DNA from: a virus
Taxonomy: Duplodnaviria > Caudoviricetes
Reading direction: 5' to 3' (one strand)
DNA length: 64,000 nt
IMG/VR virus record: IMGVR_UViG_2724679353_000001
Coordinates: 10,758 to 74,757 of that record
The notes under the pieces are model-generated. The model was not told where the DNA came from. It searched no databases and worked only from the letters and a program-made list of their open reading frames with translations. How positions within the stretch are numbered: position 1 is the stretch's first letter; every line of letters starts with the position of its first letter. Of the stretch, positions 38,942-48,893 are shown piece after piece. The position numbers were made by a program, and so were the translations under genes.

Positions 38942-39883
38942 ATGAGTAAAGAAACTTTAGATACAGCTCATGCAATTTTGGAATTAAAACAACCAGTTGG
39001 TATTTTTAAGGACTATTTATTTCCTATAAGTATGTCACTTTTCTCTGCACTTGTTGGTGGTTCTGTTGCATTGATAATTAACGCAAAACAGGATATACGA
39101 AGGTTAGAAAGAGAGAAGTTTTATAATGCCAATCGTCTTATTTTTAATGTTTTTGAAGGTCTTGGAAACCTAGTTACAATTAAGTCAAATTATTATGAAT
39201 TAAACTCTGACAATCCTTACCTTCGTGTTTTTGAGTTTCCTGAAATTCTAATAAACTGTCACCCAATTAATATTGATCTATCAAATTATGCTTTTATTCG
39301 TGATACTCAGACTTGTAATTTTACATTATCGGAAAAGCTGTTGCGTTATTTTTTTAACAGGTTATTAAGGAGACCTTTCAAGACACCAAGTAAAGAGGAG
39401 TTAGGTAAAACATGGCGCAATTTATCTAGAATTGGCGCAATGTTATCTAACTATAATACAATCCTTCATCATATTGAAAAACGTAATAAACTTGATGATG
39501 TGGCGCGCGAAAAGTTGTTAACTTACCTTGAATCTCATCCACCCAAAAGTGAAGAAGCATTAACAGCCGCTTTTCAGGCATGTTTAGGTAAAAAACAATC
39601 TCTAAATCTTATTGATTTAACTGAGTTAACAATATCACTTATTGACCATGTTATATTAGAAATGGATAGTTTTATTAAAGACTTTCCCAATATAGCAGAA
39701 AGTAATATTGAATTATCCAAAGTCGAAATGAAAAAAAGATTAATGAGAGTCCATAATGATCGTCCAATGTATATTCAATGTTTGAAGCCGCTGCTAAAAC
39801 CTAACTTCGCTGAGCTTGCAGTAACTTTCGGCCAAAGCTTAAAAACAATTGAACACAGATATACACTATCACAATGGTACTAA
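38942..39883 (+). CDS. Low-GC accessory protein with N-terminal TM
   Basis: AT-rich ORF in the A-to-Q cargo hotspot. Confidence 0.75.
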   Translation: MSKETLDTAHAILELKQPVGIFKDYLFPISMSLFSALVGGSVALIINAKQDIRRLEREKFYNANRLIFNVFEGLGNLVTIKSNYYELNSDNPYLRVFEFPEILINCHPINIDLSNYAFIRDTQTCNFTLSEKLLRYFFNRLLRRPFKTPSKEELGKTWRNLSRIGAMLSNYNTILHHIEKRNKLDDVAREKLLTYLESHPPKSEEALTAAFQACLGKKQSLNLIDLTELTISLIDHVILEMDSFIKDFPNIAESNIELSKVEMKKRLMRVHNDRPMYIQCLKPLLKPNFAELAVTFGQSLKTIEHRYTLSQWY

Positions 39884-40253
39884 TAGTTTATTAGATTAAA
39901 TAATATTAACTTAGGTACTAAGATGCATAAAATTATTGTGTGGTTTTATTAGCTCTTAGGTTGAATCTAAAATTATATTAAGAATGGTGGAACTATATTT
40001 AATGAAGTGAGGAGTATCGCAAGCTAAAAAATGCGTGAATCCAGAATTGGCTTGTTACCGCATCGTAGGACAAGGGTATGGCATTAATCTGAACTATTTC
40101 TCGATCGCAGCAATGAGCGAAAAACGGACCTAATATTGTGTGTGTTAATCAATAGGGAGTCAGTCATTCCAGCCACAACCCTAAACAGCTTTGACCTCAG
40201 GCCCCCAATTGAAAGCTAGCATCCATTAGCCTCATACTAGGAGTTAAGCATAA

Positions 40254-40952
40254 ATGGGGGGTTCTAAAAAACGTCCTAACAGGAATATTAATCATATGAA
40301 AGTAAAGTACTTGTATGGAAAATATGAGTTTCTTGCTGAATTAATTGAGGGTAGATCGGGTATTCGCTTCAGTGATCTAAGTCACTACTCCAGATTAGAA
40401 AATGAAAAGATGCGGGATGATGAGATGAATAAAGTATTCATCCCGAGAAAAGAAGAATTAATCATTGAAATCAACGGATATCGACTCGACAACAATGATT
40501 TTGCAAGCGACCCTACATTCAGCGTTACACCGAGGCATTGCTACTGCCTTTGCATGAGCAACACAGGAAATAATGAAGGACTTTACCGAGATTTTAAAGC
40601 CGATACATGCATAGCATTCCATGTAGATGAGTTAGAAAAACGCATAGCTACTAGCAATGAAAAATTCAAAGGCTCCCATATTGTAGGCAGTGACATCACT
40701 TACTACGACCAAAAGACACTGCATGGGTTAGATAAATCTCCTGAAAAGCTAGTATTTTATAAGCCTGATTTTTTTGCACATGAGTCAGAGTACAGAATTG
40801 CATGGTTCTATCCTCTGAATAAGACTGGATTCTTATCTGATGGCAGAACAATACCTTTCCGGTTTGAAAATGAATCATCCCACCTGTTTTTCTTCCACAA
40901 AGAGAAAAGTTTTATTACAGACTGCATAGTGGATGTGTACAGGAAAAGCTAG
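40254..40952 (+). CDS. Low-GC accessory protein, weakly DUF2971-like
   Basis: CYCLCMS...YKPDFFAHESEYRI; start may be 40296. Confidence 0.7.
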   Translation: MGGSKKRPNRNINHMKVKYLYGKYEFLAELIEGRSGIRFSDLSHYSRLENEKMRDDEMNKVFIPRKEELIIEINGYRLDNNDFASDPTFSVTPRHCYCLCMSNTGNNEGLYRDFKADTCIAFHVDELEKRIATSNEKFKGSHIVGSDITYYDQKTLHGLDKSPEKLVFYKPDFFAHESEYRIAWFYPLNKTGFLSDGRTIPFRFENESSHLFFFHKEKSFITDCIVDVYRKS

Positions 40953-41059
40953 CTAAAGGCTGATTATAAGATGCGTAACGCCATTTAAGCCGAAAAAATC
41001 TGAGTACATGCGTTTATGGGGGGTAATGCCACATATGTGGATACATGACGTTGCCAACC

Positions 41060-41095
41060 GCCCCCCGTTCCGCGCGCTCCCCCGCCCGCGCTTTG
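41060..41095 (-). other. Probable cos site
   Basis: GC-rich GCGCGGGCGGGGGAGCGCG (minus) resembles P2 cos GGCGAGGCGGGGAAAGCAC at the expected position. Confidence 0.55.
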
Positions 41096-41436
41096 TGTGA
41101 CTAAATATTCAGTTTTTATGCAGTTAGAAAAATGCTAAAAACCCAGTATTGGCGCGGCTTAGATAATGATTAAGGGGTGAATAGAATGATGCGGATTGTT
41201 GCGTCTTGAACTTGCAGGGCTGTAGTGGCCAGCTTACTAAACAATTTGAGTAATTATCACAGATTTTCGAGGTGGCCGTAGCGGCTTGCTCTTTTAAAAT
41301 CGTGACATGGCACAGAAACAAAATCAAGAGCCTTGTGACATGTCACAGAAAGGAAAATCCGTGGGATGTGACAGGCAGTTCGGGAACACTTAGTATAAAA
41401 TGTTGGGCAATTATTATTTTAAAAGGAATCTGACAA

Positions 41437-42123
41437 ATGGCATCAATACTCTTTTCACTTTTAGGTGTACTTATAGGAACTATTGTACCTTTTGTTGTTT
41501 ATCGACACACGGTGTGGAAAGATAAATACAAATTGGACATCGAATTAATTTCTGAGTATGAAAAAAAACCATGTAATAAATATCTGGTTGAAAAGCTGTT
41601 TTTCTGGTTAACAAGAGCGCAAGGTGTCACATTTAATGAAATTTGTTCATTATTAAACTCACAACATCCATCAAGATCTGTCTCGTTTTTTGAAAGTGCA
41701 CGGTGTTATTTAAAGACTTGCCATATAATCAATGAAAATTCCGCCGTATATGCAAAGGGTTTTGAATCTAAAAGAGAGAGGATATTCCAAAAAACAAGTT
41801 ATGTTGTTTTATATCTAATTAGTTGTTCTGTACTCGTCACTGCTTACACATTCATAACCAAAAATAAAATAATAGCCAATGCAGATATTTCTTACTCAAA
41901 CCTAACTTTAATTAATGAAAGTGGAAGTATTATACTTTGGGTGTTTTTATCACTTCTCTTTCTTGCGATTGCATTTCGCAGTTTATCTATTTGGAACAGC
42001 ATTAATATGGCTGAAAAATTCATCGAATACTTCAACAACCAGCCCAATGAACTTCACAGCCCTATCGAGAATGAATCACCTATCAGCACAGAGCTTGATA
42101 GCGCTGAAACATCCCCGAACTAG
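41437..42123 (+). CDS. Low-GC membrane protein (about 3 TM), convergent with the portal gene
   Basis: AAGGA RBS; three hydrophobic segments; stop abuts the Q stop. Confidence 0.75.
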   Translation: MASILFSLLGVLIGTIVPFVVYRHTVWKDKYKLDIELISEYEKKPCNKYLVEKLFFWLTRAQGVTFNEICSLLNSQHPSRSVSFFESARCYLKTCHIINENSAVYAKGFESKRERIFQKTSYVVLYLISCSVLVTAYTFITKNKIIANADISYSNLTLINESGSIILWVFLSLLFLAIAFRSLSIWNSINMAEKFIEYFNNQPNELHSPIENESPISTELDSAETSPN

Positions 42124-43164
42124 TTAGCCCGCAGAAACCAATAAATCATAGGGGCGGAACCTCACCACTTCCTCCCCAACCCAGTCATTAATTTCCATCA
42201 GTCGCTCTTGCAAGGGGGCCAGTTCGTTGATGGCAAATACCCGTGCGGCTTTTTCCACATCACCAAAGCCGCCGGTGTTATTGGGTAAAATACCCATCAG
42301 TTGCGGTGGTACTCGCTGCATAGCGAGCTGGTCGTCGCGGGTGACATTCTTAATGCTGGCAAACTCATCTTTAGCCGCCACTTCTGCCAGTGGGATCACT
42401 TGTATCCCATCCTTTTTACCGGCTGGGGCGTACATAAACAGATTGCGGAAATTGCCCGGCCCTTTGGACTCTTTTAGCGCCTTGCGTAAGGCGTCGATAT
42501 CCTCCTGTTTGTGGGCGGCGTCGTTCATATACAGGATAAATCCGGCGTGACTGCCATTCAGGTAATATTTGCGGCGAAAGAGTGTTGCGGCTTCATTCAG
42601 CCAAGTGGAGTTTAGCGAGGCGAGATATTCAGGAACGCCGTAGATCTCTTGGTTAATATCTGGGTCTAGCAGGTGAAAAACGCTATTTGCTTCAAAAGGG
42701 TGTGGGTTGGCATAGGATGAGACATACCAATAGGTGTCCGCCTCCACGCCTCGGCGGGGGTATTTGGCCGGGCTGGGTACCAGTTTCATGATGCCGCCCA
42801 GCCGATTATAGCGGGCCTCTAAAAACGAGTTGGCGAATACCAAAAAATCCAGCGCATAGCGGCTAAAATCTTGCTTTGAAAGCAGGCGGTGCGGCTCAAA
42901 CAGGCTAACCAGTACATTACGTTTCATATAGATAGGCGAGCTGTGATGCACTGCCGCACGAAAGGATTTAGCCAGACCATTAAATGATACCGGCGGTTCA
43001 TACCAGCGATCCATCACTGCGCATTCCAGATAATCCAGAATATCGCGCCGATCCATCATCGGGATCGGGTCGTCAAAAGTAAACGCCTCAGCTTGTGGGG
43101 GGCTATTGCTCGCCATAGCTGTTGTCACCTTGGCCGAGCGGGTTTTCCTGTTGCGTTTACTCAT
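42124..43164 (-). CDS. Q: Portal protein
   Basis: WYEPPVSF.GLAK, QEIYGVPEYL, KGPGNFRNLF. Confidence 0.95.
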   Translation of the reverse strand: MSKRNRKTRSAKVTTAMASNSPPQAEAFTFDDPIPMMDRRDILDYLECAVMDRWYEPPVSFNGLAKSFRAAVHHSSPIYMKRNVLVSLFEPHRLLSKQDFSRYALDFLVFANSFLEARYNRLGGIMKLVPSPAKYPRRGVEADTYWYVSSYANPHPFEANSVFHLLDPDINQEIYGVPEYLASLNSTWLNEAATLFRRKYYLNGSHAGFILYMNDAAHKQEDIDALRKALKESKGPGNFRNLFMYAPAGKKDGIQVIPLAEVAAKDEFASIKNVTRDDQLAMQRVPPQLMGILPNNTGGFGDVEKAARVFAINELAPLQERLMEINDWVGEEVVRFRPYDLLVSAG

Positions 43165-44927
43165 TAATATATCTCCATCACACTGGTGTTATTGCTGTTA
43201 ATGCCCTCAAGAGGCTCATGGAATAAGGCGTGCATAATGGCCCATGCCACGTCGCCGTGGCTGACGTCTTTGGAGCGGTCAGTGACAAAGGTGGCGTTGC
43301 GGCCAGTGGCGGTCATGGTTTTGCGGATCGACATAAACGCGGTGGCGATATCAATGCAGCCTGCATCAAACTCCAGGCGGCCGCCCTGAATAATATTTTT
43401 GGCCTTATAAATCAGGTCAGCTTTCATTTCTAAGCTGTAGTGAATGGCGTTCACCGCCGGGAAGAATTGCCGTACTAATTGCGTCACGGAACGGCCCAGA
43501 CCGGTATCATCAATACCGATATAAGTGACGTTATAGCGCTCGGTGATCTTTTTGATATTGCTGGCCTGATCGGCAAAATCCATCCCTTTCCACTGGTGGC
43601 GCTCCAACACCCTGAACTTACCGCCTGCCACCACTGGCGGCGCAATGACGGCGCAACCGGCACTATCACCGGTGCTGGCTGGGTCGTAGCCAATCCACAC
43701 CGGCCGATCGCCAAACGGGCGCAGCGCCAGCAGTTTAACGTCTGTCCATTTTTCCCAGCTATCGACCATACAGCGCTGCATTTCGGCCAGTTTGAATGTG
43801 GAGGTGTTATCGTCAATAAAGCCGCACATAAACAGATTTTCGAAATCTTCCTCACTGTTTTCATTGCGTAATTCATCAATATCAAACAGGTCGCAGCCAC
43901 CTTTCAGTGCATCTTCTATAGTGACAATTTGCCGGTATTGCTTGTCCTCACATAACCGGCCAGCCGCCAATCGGGGATAGCTAACATCAATTTCAATGCG
44001 TTTCTCTTTGGCCTTGCCTTTGTTAAACAGCGTGCCAGCCCAGAACGGGTAAGCCTCATGTGAGGTGCTGGACGGCGTAGAAAAATAGGTGGAGCGGTAT
44101 CTTTTCTGCGAGGCCATGCCCGATGCGGCGCGGCGCAATTTTTGAAAGCCGGGTATCCAAAAATATTCATCCAGATAGAGATTGCCGGGGCGGCCCTGTG
44201 CGGTGCTGGCGTTGGTGCCGAGAAAGTGCATTTCCGCGCCATTGGGTAAAATAATCACCTCACCGCGCAAATCAACATCCACTTGGCGCGCTGCCGCGAC
44301 AATATAGTTTTTAAACTGGTGCGCCTGCGCTTTGGAGGCGGAAACAAACATCTGGTTGCGGCCAGTGTCGAGCGCATCAAGCAGCGCTTCCCATGAGAAA
44401 AAGTAGGTTGCACCGACTTGGCGGGATTTTAAGAAGTTACGAATACGGAAATCAGGCGATAAACCGGCTTCATACCAGTTACGTTGGTAGTCGAACATGG
44501 ATTCATTGAAAATATCTTTCAGCTTGGCAACCTGCGCCTCACTGAATACATTTTTCTGCGCAGCCTTGCGCGTTCCGCTGTTGCGCTTCTCAATATTGGG
44601 ATTGAGATCGGCCTCATTGCCGCTATCATTGTATTTACCAATGCGGGCGTGGCGTTCGGCTTGTCGGCCCAGCAGATCAATCTCTTTGTAATCTTTGGCC
44701 TCCTTGACAGGTTTCATGATCAGGCGGCAATATTCCGCTGCCGTGGTCAGTTGCATCTGATCCAGTGGCCCGTAGGCGTCCCACTTGTCGCGGCGCTTCC
44801 AACTGTGTACCGTGACCGCTTTCTCACCGATCATTTCCGCAATTCGGGCAATGCGCAGCCCTTGCCAGTAGAGATACATGGCTTGACGGCGGGGATCTAA
44901 ATCGGCATTGATAAGAACGCTTTCCAT
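43164..44927 (-). CDS. P: Terminase ATPase subunit
   Basis: KSRQVGAT, LYLDEYFW, IGYDPA, SHGDVAWA. Confidence 0.95.
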   Translation of the reverse strand: MESVLINADLDPRRQAMYLYWQGLRIARIAEMIGEKAVTVHSWKRRDKWDAYGPLDQMQLTTAAEYCRLIMKPVKEAKDYKEIDLLGRQAERHARIGKYNDSGNEADLNPNIEKRNSGTRKAAQKNVFSEAQVAKLKDIFNESMFDYQRNWYEAGLSPDFRIRNFLKSRQVGATYFFSWEALLDALDTGRNQMFVSASKAQAHQFKNYIVAAARQVDVDLRGEVIILPNGAEMHFLGTNASTAQGRPGNLYLDEYFWIPGFQKLRRAASGMASQKRYRSTYFSTPSSTSHEAYPFWAGTLFNKGKAKEKRIEIDVSYPRLAAGRLCEDKQYRQIVTIEDALKGGCDLFDIDELRNENSEEDFENLFMCGFIDDNTSTFKLAEMQRCMVDSWEKWTDVKLLALRPFGDRPVWIGYDPASTGDSAGCAVIAPPVVAGGKFRVLERHQWKGMDFADQASNIKKITERYNVTYIGIDDTGLGRSVTQLVRQFFPAVNAIHYSLEMKADLIYKAKNIIQGGRLEFDAGCIDIATAFMSIRKTMTATGRNATFVTDRSKDVSHGDVAWAIMHALFHEPLEGINSNNTSVMEIY

Positions 44928-45021
44928 GTGAAATAGCCTGTTTTTTTGCTTAATCGCAGTTAATTACCGTTGATTGCAGCAAGGCTACCTATCCGCACCT
45001 CCCCCATCCCGCATTACGCTT

Positions 45022-45039
45022 TGTGCCAGCCATAGCACA
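45022..45039. promoter_or_regulatory. Ogr-binding site of the divergent P/O late promoters
   Basis: TGT-N12-ACA (tgtgccagccatagcaca). Confidence 0.75.
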
Positions 45040-45115
45040 AGAGCGCCTGATTGTTCCGTTTGCCGCCGGTCGCCAACATAGGTCACTACTATCGAATCAG
45101 ACCGGAATCAATCAC

Positions 45116-45928
45116 ATGCCAATATCTAAGTTTTTCCGTGCCGTGGTGGAGGGAGCGACCAGTGATGGCCGCCATGTTCCCCGCGCCCACATCATTGAAA
45201 TGGCCGAAAGCTACAACCCGGCATTTCGTGGCTCGCGTGCCAATCTGGAACATATCAAGAGCGTTTTACCTGATAGTCAGTTCCGCGCCTATGGCGATAT
45301 CACAGCAGCTAAATATGAAGAGATCAGTGACGGGCCACTGAAAGGCAAATTAGCGCTGCTTGTCCAAGTGGATGCCACTGACGATTTGGTGAAACTGCGT
45401 CAGGCGCGGCAAAAGGTCTACTCCAGCATTGAATATATTGAGAAATTCGCGGATACCGGCAAAGCCTATCTGACCGGCATTGGTTTTACTGACACTCCCG
45501 CCTCATTAGGCGCTGAAATGCTGACATTCTGTGCGCAAAGCGAACATAGCCCGCTGGCATCACGCAAAAGTCAGTCTGACGCCATTTTTACCGAAGCTAC
45601 CGAAATCAATCTGGAATTTGAAGCCGAGCAGGAATCGAAAACCAACCTGCTTACCACCATTAAAACCATGTTCACCAAAAAGCAAACCGGTGATGACGCA
45701 CGTTTTAACGATGTGCATCAGGCGGTTGAGTTGGTGGCGCAGCAGGTTGAGGGGAAATTTAGCGCCCTTACCGCGCTGGAACAGCGGTTTTCTGAGCTAA
45801 AAACCGCCAATGATGCGACCCAGCAAGAGCTTGATGAGCTGAAAACCACGCTCAGTAAAACAGATGGCAACTTCTCCCAGCGCGAAAAATCAACCGGCAA
45901 TGACAGCGCCATTCTGACTGATTGCTAA
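45116..45928 (+). CDS. O: Capsid scaffolding protein
   Basis: EGATSDGR...NLEHI...PASLGAE...LTDC. Confidence 0.92.
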   Translation: MPISKFFRAVVEGATSDGRHVPRAHIIEMAESYNPAFRGSRANLEHIKSVLPDSQFRAYGDITAAKYEEISDGPLKGKLALLVQVDATDDLVKLRQARQKVYSSIEYIEKFADTGKAYLTGIGFTDTPASLGAEMLTFCAQSEHSPLASRKSQSDAIFTEATEINLEFEAEQESKTNLLTTIKTMFTKKQTGDDARFNDVHQAVELVAQQVEGKFSALTALEQRFSELKTANDATQQELDELKTTLSKTDGNFSQREKSTGNDSAILTDC

Positions 45929-45964
45929 CTCATTTCGCTTGCTACGTTAAGGATTTAATTTCAC

Positions 45965-47020
45965 ATGAAAAAAACCACCCGATTAAAGTACAACCAGTAC
46001 CGCCAGCAGGTTGCTAGCCTGAACGGTTTGGACAATAAAGAGGATATCAGCGCGAAATTTACCGTTGAGCCGTCCATTGCGCAAAAACTGGAGACCAAAC
46101 AACAGGAGAGCAGTGTTTTCCTGTCCAAAATCAACGTGTATCCAGTGGATGAGAAAGAGGGGGAAAAGGTTGGCTTAAGTATTGATCGCCCGATTGCCAG
46201 CACCACGGATACCTCGAAGCAAGAGCGTGAAGCCTCCGACCCTAGCGGTCTGGATGGGACAAAATACAACTGTACCCAGACCAACTTTGATACCGCGCTG
46301 CCTTATATCAAATTGGATATGTGGGCTAAATTCCCTGATTTTCAAACCCGCATCCGTGATGCCATTGTGAAGCGTCAGGCGCTGGATCGCATCATGATCG
46401 GCTTTAACGGCACTCATCGCGCGAAAACCTCCGATCATACCGTCAATAAACTACTGCAAGACGTCAACATTGGTTGGCTGCAAAGTATTCGCGACGATGC
46501 CCCAAGTCAGGTGATGGATAAAGTGGTCGATGAGCAAGGTAGCGTGATTTCGGCAAAAATCCGCATCGGCAAAGGCGGCGATTTCCACAATCTGGATGCG
46601 CTGGTGATGGCGGCCACCGATGAGCTGATCCAACCGTGGTTCCAAGAGGATACCGAACTGGTGGCGATTGTGGGCCGTCAGTTGTTGGCGGATAAATATT
46701 TTCCGATCGTCAATCAGGAGCAGCCCAACAGCGAAGCGCTGGCGGCGGATTTAATCATCAGCCAAAAGCGTGTTGGTGGTCAGCCCGCCGTGCGCGCGCC
46801 CTCTTTCCCGGCGAATGCCATCCTTATTACTCGTCTGGATAACTTGTCTATCTACTGGCAAGACGGCACCCGCCGCCGCCACATTATCGACAATCCAAAA
46901 CGGGATCGCATTGAAAACTATGAGTCTGTCAATGAAGCCTACGTGGTTGAAGATTTTGGCTGTGTGGCGTTGATTGAAAACATTGAATTCGGTGATTTTT
47001 CCGTTCCGGCTGAGGGTTAA
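45965..47020 (+). CDS. N: Major capsid protein
   Basis: ALDRIMIGFNG, LLQDVNIGWLQ. Confidence 0.95.
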   Translation: MKKTTRLKYNQYRQQVASLNGLDNKEDISAKFTVEPSIAQKLETKQQESSVFLSKINVYPVDEKEGEKVGLSIDRPIASTTDTSKQEREASDPSGLDGTKYNCTQTNFDTALPYIKLDMWAKFPDFQTRIRDAIVKRQALDRIMIGFNGTHRAKTSDHTVNKLLQDVNIGWLQSIRDDAPSQVMDKVVDEQGSVISAKIRIGKGGDFHNLDALVMAATDELIQPWFQEDTELVAIVGRQLLADKYFPIVNQEQPNSEALAADLIISQKRVGGQPAVRAPSFPANAILITRLDNLSIYWQDGTRRRHIIDNPKRDRIENYESVNEAYVVEDFGCVALIENIEFGDFSVPAEG

Positions 47021-47026
47021 TCCATT

Positions 47027-47683
47027 ATGAGCAACCCTGTCCGCCGCCATCGGCTATTTGTGGCGGCTCAGCAATCGGATTCACTGAGCGAGGCGGCTAG
47101 CCTGAGCCATGCCAGCAACTACGAGCTGTTGTTATTCAAGTTGCAACAGGATATGGCCCAATTGGGCCGTATTGAGTCGATCGCCCGTAAAGCCGAGGTT
47201 AAGCAAGGCATGTTGCCCACCTATCAGCCGTGGGTGGCGGGTGTGCTGGCGAAAGATAGCGGCGAGCAGGATGACATTCTGATGCGCATGTTGATTTGGC
47301 ATCTGGATGTGGGCGATATCACCCGCGCTCTGGATATTGCGGAGTATGCCATCAAGCATGATTTGGTGACGCCGGATAGCTTTAAGCGCACCACCGCGTG
47401 CCTGATTGCCGAGGAAGTGGCCGCCATTGCACAGCGCACCTTGACCGACCAAAAACCGCTGGATACCCCGCAGCTATTACGCGCCCAGCAAATTCTCACC
47501 GGTCAGGACATGCCAGATATGGTTTGCGCCCGCCTGCTTAAGTTTGTGGGTTATGCCCTGCGTCAGGACGCCGACAACGTTCTCGCACTGGCTAACCTGA
47601 AAACGGCGCTGCAACTGGACGATAACAGCGGTGTGAAAACCGATATCAAGAATCTTGAGAAGCTGATTAAAGCCGCCTCATAA
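47027..47683 (+). CDS. M: Terminase endonuclease subunit
   Basis: QDDILM...W.LDVGD...GVKTDI; follows N. Confidence 0.9.
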   Translation: MSNPVRRHRLFVAAQQSDSLSEAASLSHASNYELLLFKLQQDMAQLGRIESIARKAEVKQGMLPTYQPWVAGVLAKDSGEQDDILMRMLIWHLDVGDITRALDIAEYAIKHDLVTPDSFKRTTACLIAEEVAAIAQRTLTDQKPLDTPQLLRAQQILTGQDMPDMVCARLLKFVGYALRQDADNVLALANLKTALQLDDNSGVKTDIKNLEKLIKAAS

Positions 47684-47781
47684 CCTTACGCCCCGGCGAG
47701 GGCGGCACGCTGACTAACCCAGAATATTGATTACTCTGGCAAAGCCAACGTCCACCGCCCGTTTATTTTGCGAGTGTCAGC

Positions 47782-48273
47782 ATGGAAATCGTGATCAACG
47801 GCAATCAAAAACCAGAAGCGCCAGAACCGGTGGAGCCAATGGAAAGCACGGTTATCAAAAATGAGGGTTTCTGGCCGGATATCGATCTGAAACAGTACCG
47901 TGAAGAGTCGCGCCAAGACGGCACTCTCACGCAGCCGCGTGTTATTGAGGCGGCGCTGTTTGCCATCAATGAGGTCAATAATCGGCTGACGCTCTGGCGC
48001 TTAACCCAGCAACAGCGGGGCTACCTGTCACTGGCTGAGGTACCGGCGGAAAAACTGAACGAAGAGAGCACCCGTATTCAGTTGTACCGTACGGCGGTGT
48101 TTTGCCTGATGCAAGCCCGTTTAACTGATCGTTTTCGCGGTTTTGATACCACTGGCGCGGGCGGCAAACGGGCCGATTCACTGGAACCCACTATTGATAA
48201 TTTGCGCCGTGATGCTGCGTGGGCGATTAACGATATTCAGGCGATCAACCGCATGACGGTGGAGCTAATTTAA
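47782..48273 (+). CDS. L: Head completion protein
   Basis: FWPDIDL...RDAAWAI...VELI. Confidence 0.9.
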   Translation: MEIVINGNQKPEAPEPVEPMESTVIKNEGFWPDIDLKQYREESRQDGTLTQPRVIEAALFAINEVNNRLTLWRLTQQQRGYLSLAEVPAEKLNEESTRIQLYRTAVFCLMQARLTDRFRGFDTTGAGGKRADSLEPTIDNLRRDAAWAINDIQAINRMTVELI

Positions 48274-48476
48274 TGCGCATTCTGGCCCAGCAGTACGACA
48301 CCGTTGACGCCATGTGCTGGCGCTACTACGGCCGCACCGAGGGGGTGACAGAAAAAGTGCTAGCGGCCAATCCGGGATTATCTGCTATCGGGCCAGTGTT
48401 ACCGCACGGTTATCCGGTGGAGATGCCCGAAGTCAGCGCCGCTGTCACCACGCAAACCCTGCAACTTTGGGACTAA
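48273..48476 (+). CDS. X: Tail protein X
   Basis: DTVDAMCWRYYGRTEG...ANPGL...LWD. Confidence 0.92.
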   Translation: MRILAQQYDTVDAMCWRYYGRTEGVTEKVLAANPGLSAIGPVLPHGYPVEMPEVSAAVTTQTLQLWD

Positions 48477-48506
48477 TTGCACAATTCCCCATAGGGGGTA
48501 ACGGAT

Positions 48507-48893
48507 ATGAAAATGCCAGAAAAAGATCCAAGTTGGATAGGTGCGCTATTGGACTTTTATTCTACTCACTCCACGACAATAAACGGCTTTCTAGTCGGTT
48601 CCATTGTGGCGTTTCGGCGCGTGATCTGGGGGGGTGGTAAGTTGCGCGAAGGCATTGGTGAGGGGGTGGTGTGTGGGCTGGTCGGCGTCAATATCGGCCC
48701 GGTCATCTCCCCGATGCTGATCCGCGCCATTGATGCCATTCCGTGGCTAAACGGCGCGTTAACCGAAGTTGCCGCCGGAAAAGTGGAAATCTTTATCAGC
48801 TGCTTGATCGGGCTAATCGGCTTGCAGGCTATCCGTGAGTTGGTGTTTAAAATTGTTAACAAAAAGGCGGGAACCTCTGATGCCAAACCATAA
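48507..48893 (+). CDS. Holin (lambda S-like, MKM dual start)
   Basis: Three hydrophobic segments; precedes the endolysin. Confidence 0.75.
   Translation: MKMPEKDPSWIGALLDFYSTHSTTINGFLVGSIVAFRRVIWGGGKLREGIGEGVVCGLVGVNIGPVISPMLIRAIDAIPWLNGALTEVAAGKVEIFISCLIGLIGLQAIRELVFKIVNKKAGTSDAKP

Noticed and set aside
40972-40995. Integron attC-like start (gcgtaacgccatttaagccg) after the 40254 gene
   Set aside because: No matching GTTRRRY end or full inverted repeat, and no integron integrase.
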